Source of the DNA: an uncultured bacterium
GTDB taxonomy: Bacteria > Verrucomicrobiota > Verrucomicrobiia > Verrucomicrobiales > DEV007
Assembly (NCBI GenBank): GCA_963977015.1
Contig: CAXBMO010000010.1
Span: forward strand, 64,001 to 128,000
DNA length: 64,000 bases
Reading direction: 5' to 3'
The notes under the pieces are model-generated. The model did not search any database, had not been told where the DNA came from, and saw only the letters and a list, made by a program, of their open reading frames with translations. Positions 8,985-18,692 of the stretch are shown one piece after another (the stretch's first letter is position 1; every line of letters starts with the position of its first letter). The position numbers and the translations under genes were made by a program.

Positions 8985-10394
8985 ATGACGGAGAAAACCA
9001 GACCGCTCTTTGCCATGCCGCAACGCCGTGAGTTCCTCTATGGACTCGGAGCCGGGTTGGGTTCCGTCGCCCTTCATTCGATGTTGCAGGCCGATGAAGG
9101 AAGCAAACCTCTCAACCAGCCCCACCATCCGGCGAAGGCAAAACGCTGCATCTTTCTGATGATGGAAGGAGGTCCCTCGCACATTGATACCTTCGATCCG
9201 AAGCCCGAGCTCACGAAAAGACATCTTCAAAAGTTCTCGCGCAGTGGTGAAATGGAAAGCGCCATGTCCTCCGGGCAGAGATACTTTGTGAAGAGCCCCT
9301 TTGAATTCATTCGGGCCGGGAAAAGCGGCGCGGATATCAGCACCGAATGGGCGCATCTCAAGGATCGGGTTGATGACATTTGTTTCTATCGTGGGGCACA
9401 GGTTGATTCCGTGAACCACCCGACCGCTTGCTATCAACTGAATACCGGAAACCGCTTTGGCGGTGATCCCGCCGTGGGGGCGTGGGTAACGTATGGGCTG
9501 GGAACTCTCAACGAGAATCTTCCGGGCTTCGTCGTTCTCCCTCGAACCAGTTATCCTCAGGGAGGGGCCGGGAATTGGTCGAACGGCTATCTGCCGGCTG
9601 ATTTCCAGGGAACCCCGCTTCGCCCCGAAGGGAGCCCGATTCTGGACCTGAACCCGCCACGGGGCGTAACGCGCGAACGTCAGCGCAGCAATCTCGACCT
9701 CTTGGCGAAACTCAATCAAACGCATCTTGAGGCCCGCCCCGGACGCAGTGAATTGGAGGCCAGAATGTCCTCCTATGAACTCGCCTATCGGATGCAGATG
9801 GAGGTCCCGGGCGTGCTTGATCTGGAAGGGGAAAAAGCGTCCACGCTGGAAGCTTATGGGATTGGGGAGACCAAAACGGACGCCTTTGGCCGCAAGTGTT
9901 TGCTCGCCCGCCGCCTGGTGGAAAAAGGCGTCCGCTTCGTTCAAGCCTACGCGGGCAACTGGGACAGTCACGACTACATCCAGAAGGCGCATGGCTCCCT
10001 GATTCGAGCGGTCGACAAGCCAATCGCCGCGTTGCTGAGTGACCTCAAGAATCGCGGATTGCTCGAAGACACGCTCGTGGTTTGGTGCGGTGAATTCGGT
10101 CGAACTCCCGACAACGGCCTCCGCGGCGGCGGCCAATCCTACGGCCGGGATCACAATGCCAAAGCGATGACCATGTGGTTTGCCGGGGGCGGAGTGAACG
10201 CGGGTCACACCATTGGGGCGACCGACGAGCTTGGAGCCGAAGCGGTCGATTGTGTTCATCACATTCGCGATGTCCACGTCACCCTGTTGCATCTGCTGGG
10301 TCTGGACGACAATCGCCTGACCTACTACCACGCCGGCAGACACAAACAACTCAGTCAATTTGGAGGAGCCGTGATCCAGGAATTGATTGGATAG
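8985..10394 (+). CDS. DUF1501 protein (Tat-exported, sulfatase-like fold)
   Basis: RREFL twin-Arg; GGPSHIDTFDPKP; LLARRLVEKGVRFVQ; GEFGRTP; GRDHN. Confidence 0.93.
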   Translation: MTEKTRPLFAMPQRREFLYGLGAGLGSVALHSMLQADEGSKPLNQPHHPAKAKRCIFLMMEGGPSHIDTFDPKPELTKRHLQKFSRSGEMESAMSSGQRYFVKSPFEFIRAGKSGADISTEWAHLKDRVDDICFYRGAQVDSVNHPTACYQLNTGNRFGGDPAVGAWVTYGLGTLNENLPGFVVLPRTSYPQGGAGNWSNGYLPADFQGTPLRPEGSPILDLNPPRGVTRERQRSNLDLLAKLNQTHLEARPGRSELEARMSSYELAYRMQMEVPGVLDLEGEKASTLEAYGIGETKTDAFGRKCLLARRLVEKGVRFVQAYAGNWDSHDYIQKAHGSLIRAVDKPIAALLSDLKNRGLLEDTLVVWCGEFGRTPDNGLRGGGQSYGRDHNAKAMTMWFAGGGVNAGHTIGATDELGAEAVDCVHHIRDVHVTLLHLLGLDDNRLTYYHAGRHKQLSQFGGAVIQELIG

Positions 10395-10520
10395 GTGTAT
10401 GTTGTGCGAAAATATCCACGGCAAGTGGAATGGTTTTCAATTCGAGGAGAATTCTTGTTCTTTGAGAATTTTCAGCTTGTTGGAAATGTGCGAGGTCGAA
10501 GCCTGGACTACTACAGCGAA

Positions 10521-13500
10521 TCAACAACCATCGTTGGCGATATTTGCCTGAAGTTCTAACGCAATTGGCTCCTGAGTCTTCGCTGTTCGTTGAACGAGGG
10601 CAAAATACACTTTCCGTTCCTCAGAACCAACTTGGGGCGATCTGAAGTGTTCTTCCCAGAGCAAGGAAAGATACCGAGCCATCCAACGAGGAAGATCGCG
10701 GATCTGCCACCAATAGTCGGACGCCTCTTGAGCATAGTTTGCAACCTCGGACAGCATGTGTTTTCGAATTCTCTTTGCCGAATTCTCGCACAACCAAAAA
10801 AGAAAGGCTTCAGCTTCGAATTGGGAGTTCATTACACGGCTGCAGACATTTTCAATGCGCTCGACTGCAAGTTCAAGGATCTCGGCGTCCTCTTCTTGCC
10901 AGAGGCTACCGAGGTAGGGCGTTGAACCGATTAGAGACATCCAAAGAGAAGGCAATTTGTGTCCCGATCGGCCCTTCGGAATCCAGTTTTCCGACGCCAA
11001 ACAATGGTCCACCATTTCAATCCACCTGTGGGCGAAGAACCTCGCCTCCATCTTGTTCTTGGCTTCGTGGAACCAGTGACTTAGAAAGGCTTCGATCCAT
11101 GACTCTGCGTGCCTTCCGAGATCCAGAATGGGTTGCCAATATCTTTCTGGACTCTCAATGGGTTTCATCTGCGAAATAACTGTCGCGAGTCGCTGCAACA
11201 CCCACCTGTCTGAGTCATAGGGAATCCCTGCCTCTGTTACTTCTTGTGGGACGTGCTCTCCGTTTTTATCGAAGAATCGCGTGCCTGCTAGGCAGACGTC
11301 TAGAGCTTGATCCCAAAATTCCAAAAACACTGCACGTTCGGAATCATCAACCGCTTGATCGGGCAGAAATATATTAGCGAAAGTGCCGGCAATCTGAACC
11401 ATATCAACCTTAGGTATCTTGATCAGCAAATGTACTTTTTCGGCTAACAAGTGACGTGAGTGGTTTCCCGGAGACCAAAGTTTGCCATTCGATATAGCTC
11501 GCTCTGCCCATTTGGGAAGTCCGGCATCGAAGTCATAGCACAAAAATCGTTGCGCAACCTCAGATTCCCATTTCGAAGTATCGAGTTCCTCTTTCGAATA
11601 TTTGGAATCGGTAATTTCCCAGCGAATCACTGCCGATTCAAAGATCAAATTCACCAATTGCCAGAATCCGTCACCAAGTTCATTCCGTCGTTCAAAGGCA
11701 CGCGACACCAAGATGCCCGCCGCACTATAGTGTTTCGCAAAAGCCAATTGCAGAACCGCTTCGCGCACAGCTGTATTCTCTTGGTCTTCCACCCAGAGAG
11801 ATGGGACTGTGTCTGCGGCGAAATGTTCCCAAGTCTCTTGTCCTATCGCGTCGGGAGAATCAAATCGTGACCAAGCGGGCGGCTCTGCGAGAACATCAGC
11901 AAGTGTCTCAAGGCACCATTTCTCTTCATCGGGATGATCTTCAAGCCAGTCTCGATGCAGGAGAAACAAAACAGCAATCGTTCCCAGTAGGCTGTTCGCA
12001 ACTGGTGAAAGTTCTAATACGTCTTCGTCTTCAGGCTCAAATCCCGCCAGGTCCTTCGCTTGCCGGATGAATGCGGGAATTTCTTCTTCTCCAAGCGTTT
12101 GTCCCTGAGAAATCATATTCCTACAGGTTAGGGGGAGTGAAATCAGCAGCATTTGCTTTTCATTACGAGAGATCACCTCCGGATCAGGTGCTAGATGCTC
12201 CGGAGGATAGTAGGAGAGGACTTTTCTTCCATCGGGCAGGCTGTCTTCTTTCCAGTTCTGCTCGTCAAATTGTGCAATCAACGCTTCCAGATTAGCCCGC
12301 CTTCGTTCATCAACAGGCTGTTCCAACTTGCTCCAGGCAATCCGCGCAGCAGAAAGAACTGTTCTTGTCTCTGGGTGATGGTGAAAGTGGTGAGCTGCAA
12401 TTTGAACAAGCTCACGTTTTCTGTGTTCCATTGCGTCCCATTCTCGAGCTAGATTGAAGAACCATTCCCCTTCGAGAAACGAAGCGCCAGTGCCCATCAG
12501 CGCGCCCCCACCCCTTAGGAAACGCCTGTCCTCAAAGTAGATCTCCGGAACCAGAAGCAAGGGCCTCAACAGGCCGGCGAAGAGGTTTGGCGAGAATTTG
12601 CCAACCTCACAAAGCACCCCGAGAAAAGCCACCGATCGACTTGCTGTCAAGATTAGTTCAATCGCCGATGAGACATCCTGCTCCTTTTCCAGATTAAGAT
12701 ACAACCACTTCTCCACAGCCATTAGCGCTGACGACGTAATTTCCGTTTGCGAATGTCCGTGGTACCAGTGAAATACGTCAGGATCGCCTACAAAATGCCG
12801 TATCCCATCGGGAAGGGAAATATCAATACCGACGTTACGGCTACTTTCCTCGTATCGGGACTCCATCCAACGCTCAGTAGCAAAGTCAACTAAACGAATG
12901 ATAGTCTGCAGTGCGGCCTCTACGCTTGCCCATAGAAATCGGAGAAAAGGTCCTCTTGTATAAAATCTCGGAGAGAAGCTGTGGACACGCTCAAGGCCGA
13001 CCTCTTCCTCCCGCAGCTTCATCCAACGATGGTCCGGTGGTTCCTTTTTTGATGGGCGGTACTCAATCAGCAATGCCAGGATAATCTCCTGTGCAAGGTC
13101 TGGCGCGGTCACCATAATGACATTTAGCGCATCCGAGTCCAAACAAGTCGAACGGAACGAATCGCAAACACGGATACATGGTCCTTCAGGCCAAGGTGGC
13201 TGCTCGGTCTCAATCCAACCTTGAAAGCTAGAAGTTACGCGGGCTACTGTCCCGGGTGGCCGATAGCCTTCAAATAGTTTTCCATCTTCCTTTGTGGGCT
13301 TAACTCGCCCAGCAGCTTTAAGTAACAGGTTTCGCACATCATCTGGCCGAACTGAGAAGGCTTCAATCAATGCCTTGTAAGGCAACTTTTCGGCATCCTT
13401 AGGAGCGCGGTAGTAAAATGTATCTACGCACATTTCTTGGGTGGCAAGGTCAATTGCAAGGGCCGCGGCCTCTTGCCGACCAGGCCAGTTCTCTCGGGTC

Positions 13501-15743
13501 GACCGGAGCCAAGTTCGAGCAATTCGAGCAGTCTCGGTAGGAGCAAGAGCGAGAACGTCCAGAGAATGGTTTGCCAGAGCGCCAACCACGCCGATCCAGT
13601 ACATGCCAAGTGGAATTCTTTCAACCGTTCGAGCTTCTTGCGGGTCTATTCCAGCTTGGATTGAGAGGGCCATGTAGCTGGGATTGGGCATGGATGCGAT
13701 GTGCTGAAAGCGCTTCAAATACGCATTCAAAAGTGTGCCATTATCCTCAGCCAACACCGACCAAACACTATCTAATAGCTTCCGGGCATTACCTGCAAAA
13801 ACTAGCGATTCGAGAAGAATATCGCGCCCACCTGGTGTTGCCAATACTGTTTCCTTCCACTGTTCGCCGGTATCATCGGTTTCAAGGAGATACAGTCCAT
13901 ACAACCGAATAGCCGCGTGCCAGTGCGGAATTGAGAAGCGTGTTTTGCAATACTGTTCAAGGCTCTCATCCTGGGTTGTAATTGCGCGAAACCTCGCCCA
14001 GTCAGAAATCAAATCGTGCGTGAAAGAAACCGTTCCGCGATCATGATCGGTTTTCAGGAAATTCGAGGACTGACTGACCAAATCAAGCTCCTCACCGGTA
14101 AGTTCTGCTTCAGGCACCTCAAACTGTCCCAGGTCCGCATTTTGAATCGCTAGTTTTTGTAGGAGTTGATCTCGGTGTGCACTCTTGGGACCAGATCGCA
14201 CCGAGTTGCGCCAATACCACGCAATCATTTCGGTTTCTCCAGTGATTGCCTGATGGTTTGGTACGTGTCCCTGAGCAACGGCGCCACACAAGAGATCGAG
14301 CACCTTAAGGTTCTGCATCCATCGAGTAAGGTGTGGACGTTGAGCCAGGCTTCTAAGCGTTGAGAACTCGCGCCAGACAGGCTCCAAGGATTCGAAGGTT
14401 GGAAGATCGATTGTTAACGTATTCCATGTGACTCGATGCCCAAATTGCAGGATGGTTTCAAGGCTTACACGCTCCCACGACTCCTCCCTTGCCGTAACCA
14501 AGAATCTCCAGGTGCATCCGGAGTCGGAAAGCGAAACCATATTCAGAAGCAGACTCAACTCCGCAAAATGCGTTTCTTCCTGCAGCCTTTCAGCGTTGTC
14601 GAGGATGATCAACCCGCGGCGATGTCGGCCACTCGCCAAGACTTCCCTCAAGGTATGATCCAAATTCTGGTGCGAAGCCAATGCCTCGACATAGCCTGGT
14701 CTCATCAACTCGCCCTTGAGCCAGATCACGTCACCGGATTCTTCAAACTCTTTGGCTACTGCCTTCGCAATGGCCGATTTTCCAGTGCCTGACGGACCAA
14801 TGAGCGCGACAAAACGCGATTCAAATTGCCCCATCACCTTGGAAACTAAGGCATCACGATTGATCGCTACCGTTCCGGCCATCCGATGCGGTATTGCGTC
14901 CACTTGGGTGCCCATCCACTGAGACAACTTCTCCCAATCGCGCGCAAAATCAGGAAAATCTCGAAGTTCAACAATCTTGCGTGCCTCTTGCCTGAGTTCT
15001 TCACACGTCAAACCGCCACCAGCCCTTCGCACTTCCTGGGCGATGCGGCACAAGCGGTCCCACAATCGACCGCTATCAGCAGTTGATCCGCTTTGGACAA
15101 GGTGGGAGCAAATGAAGCGAGCCAATGCTTCCGATGAAGAATCCGTGTGTTCGAAATCCAATTCCACCACCGACATCTTTTTCAAAATTCGGCCAGGAAG
15201 CTTTTCATACTCCTGGAGTTCTTCGGATAGATCATCGGGACAAGCACATGAATCGTGAATGCTTCGTTCGGCTGGGGAAGCGTAGCCCGAGGTAAAAAGG
15301 CGTTCAGCAAGTTGAGCCGGTGTTTGCCATCTGGCTTTCAACAGAAGGCTTTGAATCGCCACCTTCGGCGGATCGGGGTGGGGAACACAGATTAGACCAA
15401 ACCCGTCTAAATCTTCGTCCATCACTTCCGATGAGCGATGCAAAAGAAGCTCCCACGCAGCCCTAACCAAAGTAGTTGGAGCGGCTACTTTCGTAAATTG
15501 GAGATTGCTCTTAATTGAAAGCGCTGTGTGATGGTTACCGCGCTCGCTGATCGTAAGCAGCAGGTCATCCAACCCATTCCAACCATCTACTTGCGTTTGG
15601 CAGTCGATCCGCTCGATGGTCCCGTTGGCCCTGAACGGCGAAGTACCAGCAAGCATCCAAACCAAATAGTAGGCAACCACCTGGTCCTCGTAAGAGAATC
15701 CTCCTCCAGCGGTTTGCTTTGGTGCTGCGACATCCTTCACCAC
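10521..15743 (-). CDS. Avs/NLR-like STAND NTPase with N-terminal putative PD-(D/E)xK nuclease and long helical C-terminus; likely antiphage
   Basis: 1740-aa ORF; N-terminal GGGFSYE...LDDLLL...ALSIK; Walker A GPSGTGKS; Walker B IILDNAE; LVTAR; FTHDLISDW; visibly more AT-rich than flanks. Confidence 0.75.
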   Translation of the reverse strand: MVKDVAAPKQTAGGGFSYEDQVVAYYLVWMLAGTSPFRANGTIERIDCQTQVDGWNGLDDLLLTISERGNHHTALSIKSNLQFTKVAAPTTLVRAAWELLLHRSSEVMDEDLDGFGLICVPHPDPPKVAIQSLLLKARWQTPAQLAERLFTSGYASPAERSIHDSCACPDDLSEELQEYEKLPGRILKKMSVVELDFEHTDSSSEALARFICSHLVQSGSTADSGRLWDRLCRIAQEVRRAGGGLTCEELRQEARKIVELRDFPDFARDWEKLSQWMGTQVDAIPHRMAGTVAINRDALVSKVMGQFESRFVALIGPSGTGKSAIAKAVAKEFEESGDVIWLKGELMRPGYVEALASHQNLDHTLREVLASGRHRRGLIILDNAERLQEETHFAELSLLLNMVSLSDSGCTWRFLVTAREESWERVSLETILQFGHRVTWNTLTIDLPTFESLEPVWREFSTLRSLAQRPHLTRWMQNLKVLDLLCGAVAQGHVPNHQAITGETEMIAWYWRNSVRSGPKSAHRDQLLQKLAIQNADLGQFEVPEAELTGEELDLVSQSSNFLKTDHDRGTVSFTHDLISDWARFRAITTQDESLEQYCKTRFSIPHWHAAIRLYGLYLLETDDTGEQWKETVLATPGGRDILLESLVFAGNARKLLDSVWSVLAEDNGTLLNAYLKRFQHIASMPNPSYMALSIQAGIDPQEARTVERIPLGMYWIGVVGALANHSLDVLALAPTETARIARTWLRSTRENWPGRQEAAALAIDLATQEMCVDTFYYRAPKDAEKLPYKALIEAFSVRPDDVRNLLLKAAGRVKPTKEDGKLFEGYRPPGTVARVTSSFQGWIETEQPPWPEGPCIRVCDSFRSTCLDSDALNVIMVTAPDLAQEIILALLIEYRPSKKEPPDHRWMKLREEEVGLERVHSFSPRFYTRGPFLRFLWASVEAALQTIIRLVDFATERWMESRYEESSRNVGIDISLPDGIRHFVGDPDVFHWYHGHSQTEITSSALMAVEKWLYLNLEKEQDVSSAIELILTASRSVAFLGVLCEVGKFSPNLFAGLLRPLLLVPEIYFEDRRFLRGGGALMGTGASFLEGEWFFNLAREWDAMEHRKRELVQIAAHHFHHHPETRTVLSAARIAWSKLEQPVDERRRANLEALIAQFDEQNWKEDSLPDGRKVLSYYPPEHLAPDPEVISRNEKQMLLISLPLTCRNMISQGQTLGEEEIPAFIRQAKDLAGFEPEDEDVLELSPVANSLLGTIAVLFLLHRDWLEDHPDEEKWCLETLADVLAEPPAWSRFDSPDAIGQETWEHFAADTVPSLWVEDQENTAVREAVLQLAFAKHYSAAGILVSRAFERRNELGDGFWQLVNLIFESAVIRWEITDSKYSKEELDTSKWESEVAQRFLCYDFDAGLPKWAERAISNGKLWSPGNHSRHLLAEKVHLLIKIPKVDMVQIAGTFANIFLPDQAVDDSERAVFLEFWDQALDVCLAGTRFFDKNGEHVPQEVTEAGIPYDSDRWVLQRLATVISQMKPIESPERYWQPILDLGRHAESWIEAFLSHWFHEAKNKMEARFFAHRWIEMVDHCLASENWIPKGRSGHKLPSLWMSLIGSTPYLGSLWQEEDAEILELAVERIENVCSRVMNSQFEAEAFLFWLCENSAKRIRKHMLSEVANYAQEASDYWWQIRDLPRWMARYLSLLWEEHFRSPQVGSEERKVYFALVQRTAKTQEPIALELQANIANDGC

Positions 15744-16088
15744 TTTAAATACTCGTCCAGAAGCCTAACAAAGCAAGAACTCAGGAGATGCTCAGAACGC
15801 GTTCTTCATCCAATCACCAGAATGTGCGGCTTTTCGCTCACCACTCAGCCCTCGAACAAATTTACGATGCGTGGTAGATCTTTTTGATGTGGTTAACGCA
15901 TTGCTGGCGAAAATGAAGAACGTCCACGCCCAACAGGCTCTACGGTGTATCCCTGGGCTCATCGAAACGTTTACGGTCAACACGCTTAGCTGCTCCCGCC
16001 ACCCAAGCGAAAGCAATCCAACTGAGGTGATGCCGTCGCCTACATTTGGCGATTCAGCAATAAGCCGCGGCATCACCGAAGACCTTTA

Positions 16089-16211
16089 TTGAAATTGAAA
16101 TTGATCCAACGCCATGCCTACGGCTTCCGAAACTTTAACAACTACCGCCTGCGCGTCATTGCCGAGTGCGGATGAAAAACAGCAATCCCCCAAACTTTGA
16201 TGTGCCCGGCC
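16089..16211 (+). mobile_element. ISL3-family insertion sequence remnant (transposase C-terminus plus probable right end)
   Basis: 16089-16175 reads LKLKLIQRHAYGFRNFNNYRLRVIAECG*, the typical ISL3 transposase C-terminus; followed by TCCCCCAAACTTTGATGTGCCC, resembling a degenerate terminal repeat. Confidence 0.8.
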
Positions 16212-16219
16212 CAAAAAAG

Positions 16220-16291
16220 AGCCGAAGGTCGGAATTGAACCGACGACCTATTCATTACGAATGAATTGCTCTACCCCTGAGCTACTCCGGC
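16220..16291 (-). tRNA. tRNA-Thr(CGT)
   Basis: Reverse complement GCCGGAGTAGCTCAGGGGTAGAGCAATTCATTCGTAATGAATAGGTCGTCGGTTCAATTCCGACCTTCGGCT; anticodon loop TTCGTAA. Confidence 0.96.
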
Positions 16292-16305
16292 ATTAGGCGG
16301 AAGGG

Positions 16306-16333
16306 ATCATACCTTTTGGCTGCGAATTGTCAA
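16306..16333 (-). promoter_or_regulatory. Sigma70-type promoter of tRNA-Thr
   Basis: TTGACA-N16-TATGAT on the minus strand, 14 nt upstream of the tRNA. Confidence 0.75.
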
Positions 16334-17268
16334 CTGGTGGCCGCTTTCAAAGCCTTTCTCATGATGTCAACCGGTGCGTCTCGGTTGAACCAGTATTCGT
16401 AGGAGATGGCTCCCTGCCACAAAAGCATGCTGAGGCCGTTGGCGAAGCGGGCGCCCTGAGACTGGGCGTTGTCCAGAAACCGCGTGTGGGGCGGGCTGTA
16501 GACCATGTCGTAAACGAGATGGTGCGGCTGAATGAGGCGAGCCGGCAGCGGCTCCTGATCCGAGCGTTTCATCCCGAGGTTGGTCGCGTTGATGATGAGA
16601 TCCGTGTGGTCCAGTTGGTCCGCGAGCAGGGATTCGTCCCACGGGAGCGCTTCGAGCCGTTCAACCGGGCCAATGAGGGCATCGCCTTGAAAGTCCGCGG
16701 CGACTTCTTCCTTGATTGCTTCCGCCTTGGCGACGGTCCGATTGACGAGAACAAGTCGTTCGCATTGATCAATCGCACACTGAATGGTGACGGCACGCCC
16801 GGCGCCGCCTCCCGCTCCCAGGATCATGATTCGGAGGTCGTGCAGATCGACGGAAAATTCGTCGCGAATGGCTTGCCGGAAGCCCGGAGCATCGCTGTTG
16901 AAGCCGGCGATTTCGCCTGCATCAAAAACCAGGGTGTTGACGGCTCCGATGCGTTCGGCCACGGGATCGATGCGATCCACGAGTTTGGCGATCTCCGTTT
17001 TGTGGGGAATCGTCACATTGACTCCGAGGAAGCCGTGCTTTTGGAACAGTTGAACGGCTTCGGGAAGTTCGCCGGGCTTCAGGTGAATTCGGACGTATTC
17101 CGCATGGATCCCGGACGCTTTGAGGGCGGGATTGTGCATCTGGGGAGATGCGGAGTGTTCAACGGGATCGCCGATGACGGCGAGAAGGGGAGGTGGGTCG
17201 AGCTGTGAAGTGACAGTTTCCCAATCCTGCAAGTCTGAGAGATCGTAAACTGATTTTGCTTCAGCCAT
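16330..17268 (-). CDS. aroE: Shikimate dehydrogenase
   Basis: GDPVEHSASPQMHN, GVNVTIPHK, GAVNT, GAGGGAGRA, INATNLGM, YDMVY, GLSMLLWQG. Confidence 0.95.
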   Translation of the reverse strand: MAEAKSVYDLSDLQDWETVTSQLDPPPLLAVIGDPVEHSASPQMHNPALKASGIHAEYVRIHLKPGELPEAVQLFQKHGFLGVNVTIPHKTEIAKLVDRIDPVAERIGAVNTLVFDAGEIAGFNSDAPGFRQAIRDEFSVDLHDLRIMILGAGGGAGRAVTIQCAIDQCERLVLVNRTVAKAEAIKEEVAADFQGDALIGPVERLEALPWDESLLADQLDHTDLIINATNLGMKRSDQEPLPARLIQPHHLVYDMVYSPPHTRFLDNAQSQGARFANGLSMLLWQGAISYEYWFNRDAPVDIMRKALKAATS

Positions 17269-17275
17269 TGGGGTT

Positions 17276-18601
17276 CTAAACTTTGGAAATTGCCGCTTCG
17301 ATTCTGGAGACGGAACGATCTCTTCCCAACCGATCGAGAATGGTGGTGAGGGCCAACCCGCCGGTTTGGCCACTGACTGCGACACGACAGGGAAACATGA
17401 GTGCTCCTTTTTTGAGTTCCAGTTCCTTTGCCGCGTCATCGATAGCCTGGTCCGCGGCTTCTCCGGACCATTTCTTGACGTCCGCGAAGTGTTTGCTCAG
17501 CGATTTTAGAATGTTTTTGATTCCCTCGCGTGTCTTCATTTTTTCAAACGCCTCGCCGTCTTGGGTGTAGTCGTCGCGATAAAGCGAGGAGAGCCACTTG
17601 GGTGCGTCTGAGAACTTTTTGATTTTGTCGCGAATTTCCTCGAGCAGCGCGTCCGGAACGTCGGCTTTTTCCGTGGGGAGGCCATGTCCAGCCAAAAACG
17701 GAGCCACGGCTTCGCGAAGTTCCGCCGGTTTCATGGAATGGATGTATTGGGAACTGAACCATTCGCACTTGTCGTAATCGAAACGGCCATTCGCGCGATT
17801 GACGCCGCTGATCTTGAACTTCTTGAGCAGTTGTTTCGGCGGAATGATTTCGGAATCGTCTTTTGGCGACCATCCGAGCATCGCGAGATAATTCACGACC
17901 GCATCGGCGTGAAATCCCATGTTTTTGTATTCGTGAATCGCTGATCCGCGGTCGCGTTTGCTCATTTTTGAGCCGTCGCCGTTCAGAATCAGCGGAATGT
18001 GGGCAAACTTGGGAGGTGTGGCTCCAAACGCCTCGTAAAGGTCGAGGTGCCGAGGCGTGTTCGAGAGGTGATCTTCACCGCGAATCACGTGGCTGATCTT
18101 CATTTCGATGTCATCCACCACACTGACAAAGTGAAAAATGTAGCTTCCGTCAGGGCGCCGAATCGTCATATCCGGTTCCTCGCGGTCTTTAAACTCCGTC
18201 TTGCCGCAAATCAGGTCATTGATCGTGCGGTCGGTGTTGGGCCCGCGAAATCGCATGGCGCCTTCGTCCTCATAGACGAGGTCCGCACGCTTCAGCTTGT
18301 TGAAATACTTGTCGTAGATCTTGGTGCGTTGGCTTTGACGATAGGGGCCGAATTTGCCCCGCGTTTGCTTGCCGACCGCATTGATGCCCTCGTCCCAGTC
18401 CAGCCCGAGCCAGCGCAGCCCGTCAAAAATCGCTTGGTCAGATTCCTCGTCGTTTCGCTCCTTGTCCGTGTCCTCAATCCGCAAGACAAACGTGCCTTTT
18501 TGGCTTCTGGCGAACAACCAATTGAAGAGGGCGGTGCGTGCTCCTCCAATATGGAGCATGCCGGTGGGAGATGGTGCAAAACGGACGCGGATATCGCTCA
18601 T
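17276..18601 (-). CDS. gltX: Glutamate-tRNA ligase
   Basis: RVRFAPSPTG, HIGG, LRIEDTD, IRGEDH, KMSKR. Confidence 0.95.
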   Translation of the reverse strand: MSDIRVRFAPSPTGMLHIGGARTALFNWLFARSQKGTFVLRIEDTDKERNDEESDQAIFDGLRWLGLDWDEGINAVGKQTRGKFGPYRQSQRTKIYDKYFNKLKRADLVYEDEGAMRFRGPNTDRTINDLICGKTEFKDREEPDMTIRRPDGSYIFHFVSVVDDIEMKISHVIRGEDHLSNTPRHLDLYEAFGATPPKFAHIPLILNGDGSKMSKRDRGSAIHEYKNMGFHADAVVNYLAMLGWSPKDDSEIIPPKQLLKKFKISGVNRANGRFDYDKCEWFSSQYIHSMKPAELREAVAPFLAGHGLPTEKADVPDALLEEIRDKIKKFSDAPKWLSSLYRDDYTQDGEAFEKMKTREGIKNILKSLSKHFADVKKWSGEAADQAIDDAAKELELKKGALMFPCRVAVSGQTGGLALTTILDRLGRDRSVSRIEAAISKV

Positions 18602-18692
18602 AGCCTAGTTAGGGACCATGCCGCTGATCGAGGTGATTTTCAACTCTTTGGTTCTCGACCACTCGAATGGCTTCGGCTACAGGGAAAGTGAT

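Noticed and set aside
7516-10424. Long minus-strand ORFs (420 aa, 484 aa) and similar antisense ORFs throughout the window
   Set aside because: Fully overlap motif-bearing genes on the opposite strand; expected in GC-rich coding DNA.
10395-10520. Search for an att duplicate of the tRNA-Thr 3' end at the left edge of the islet
   Set aside because: No match to GAGCCGAAGGTCGGAATTGAACC found; only a weak GAGAATTCT/AGAATTTTC hairpin.
15792-16092. Small ORFs between the STAND gene and the ISL3 scar as possible defence partners
   Set aside because: No motifs, conflicting strands and stops in other frames; probably decayed DNA.
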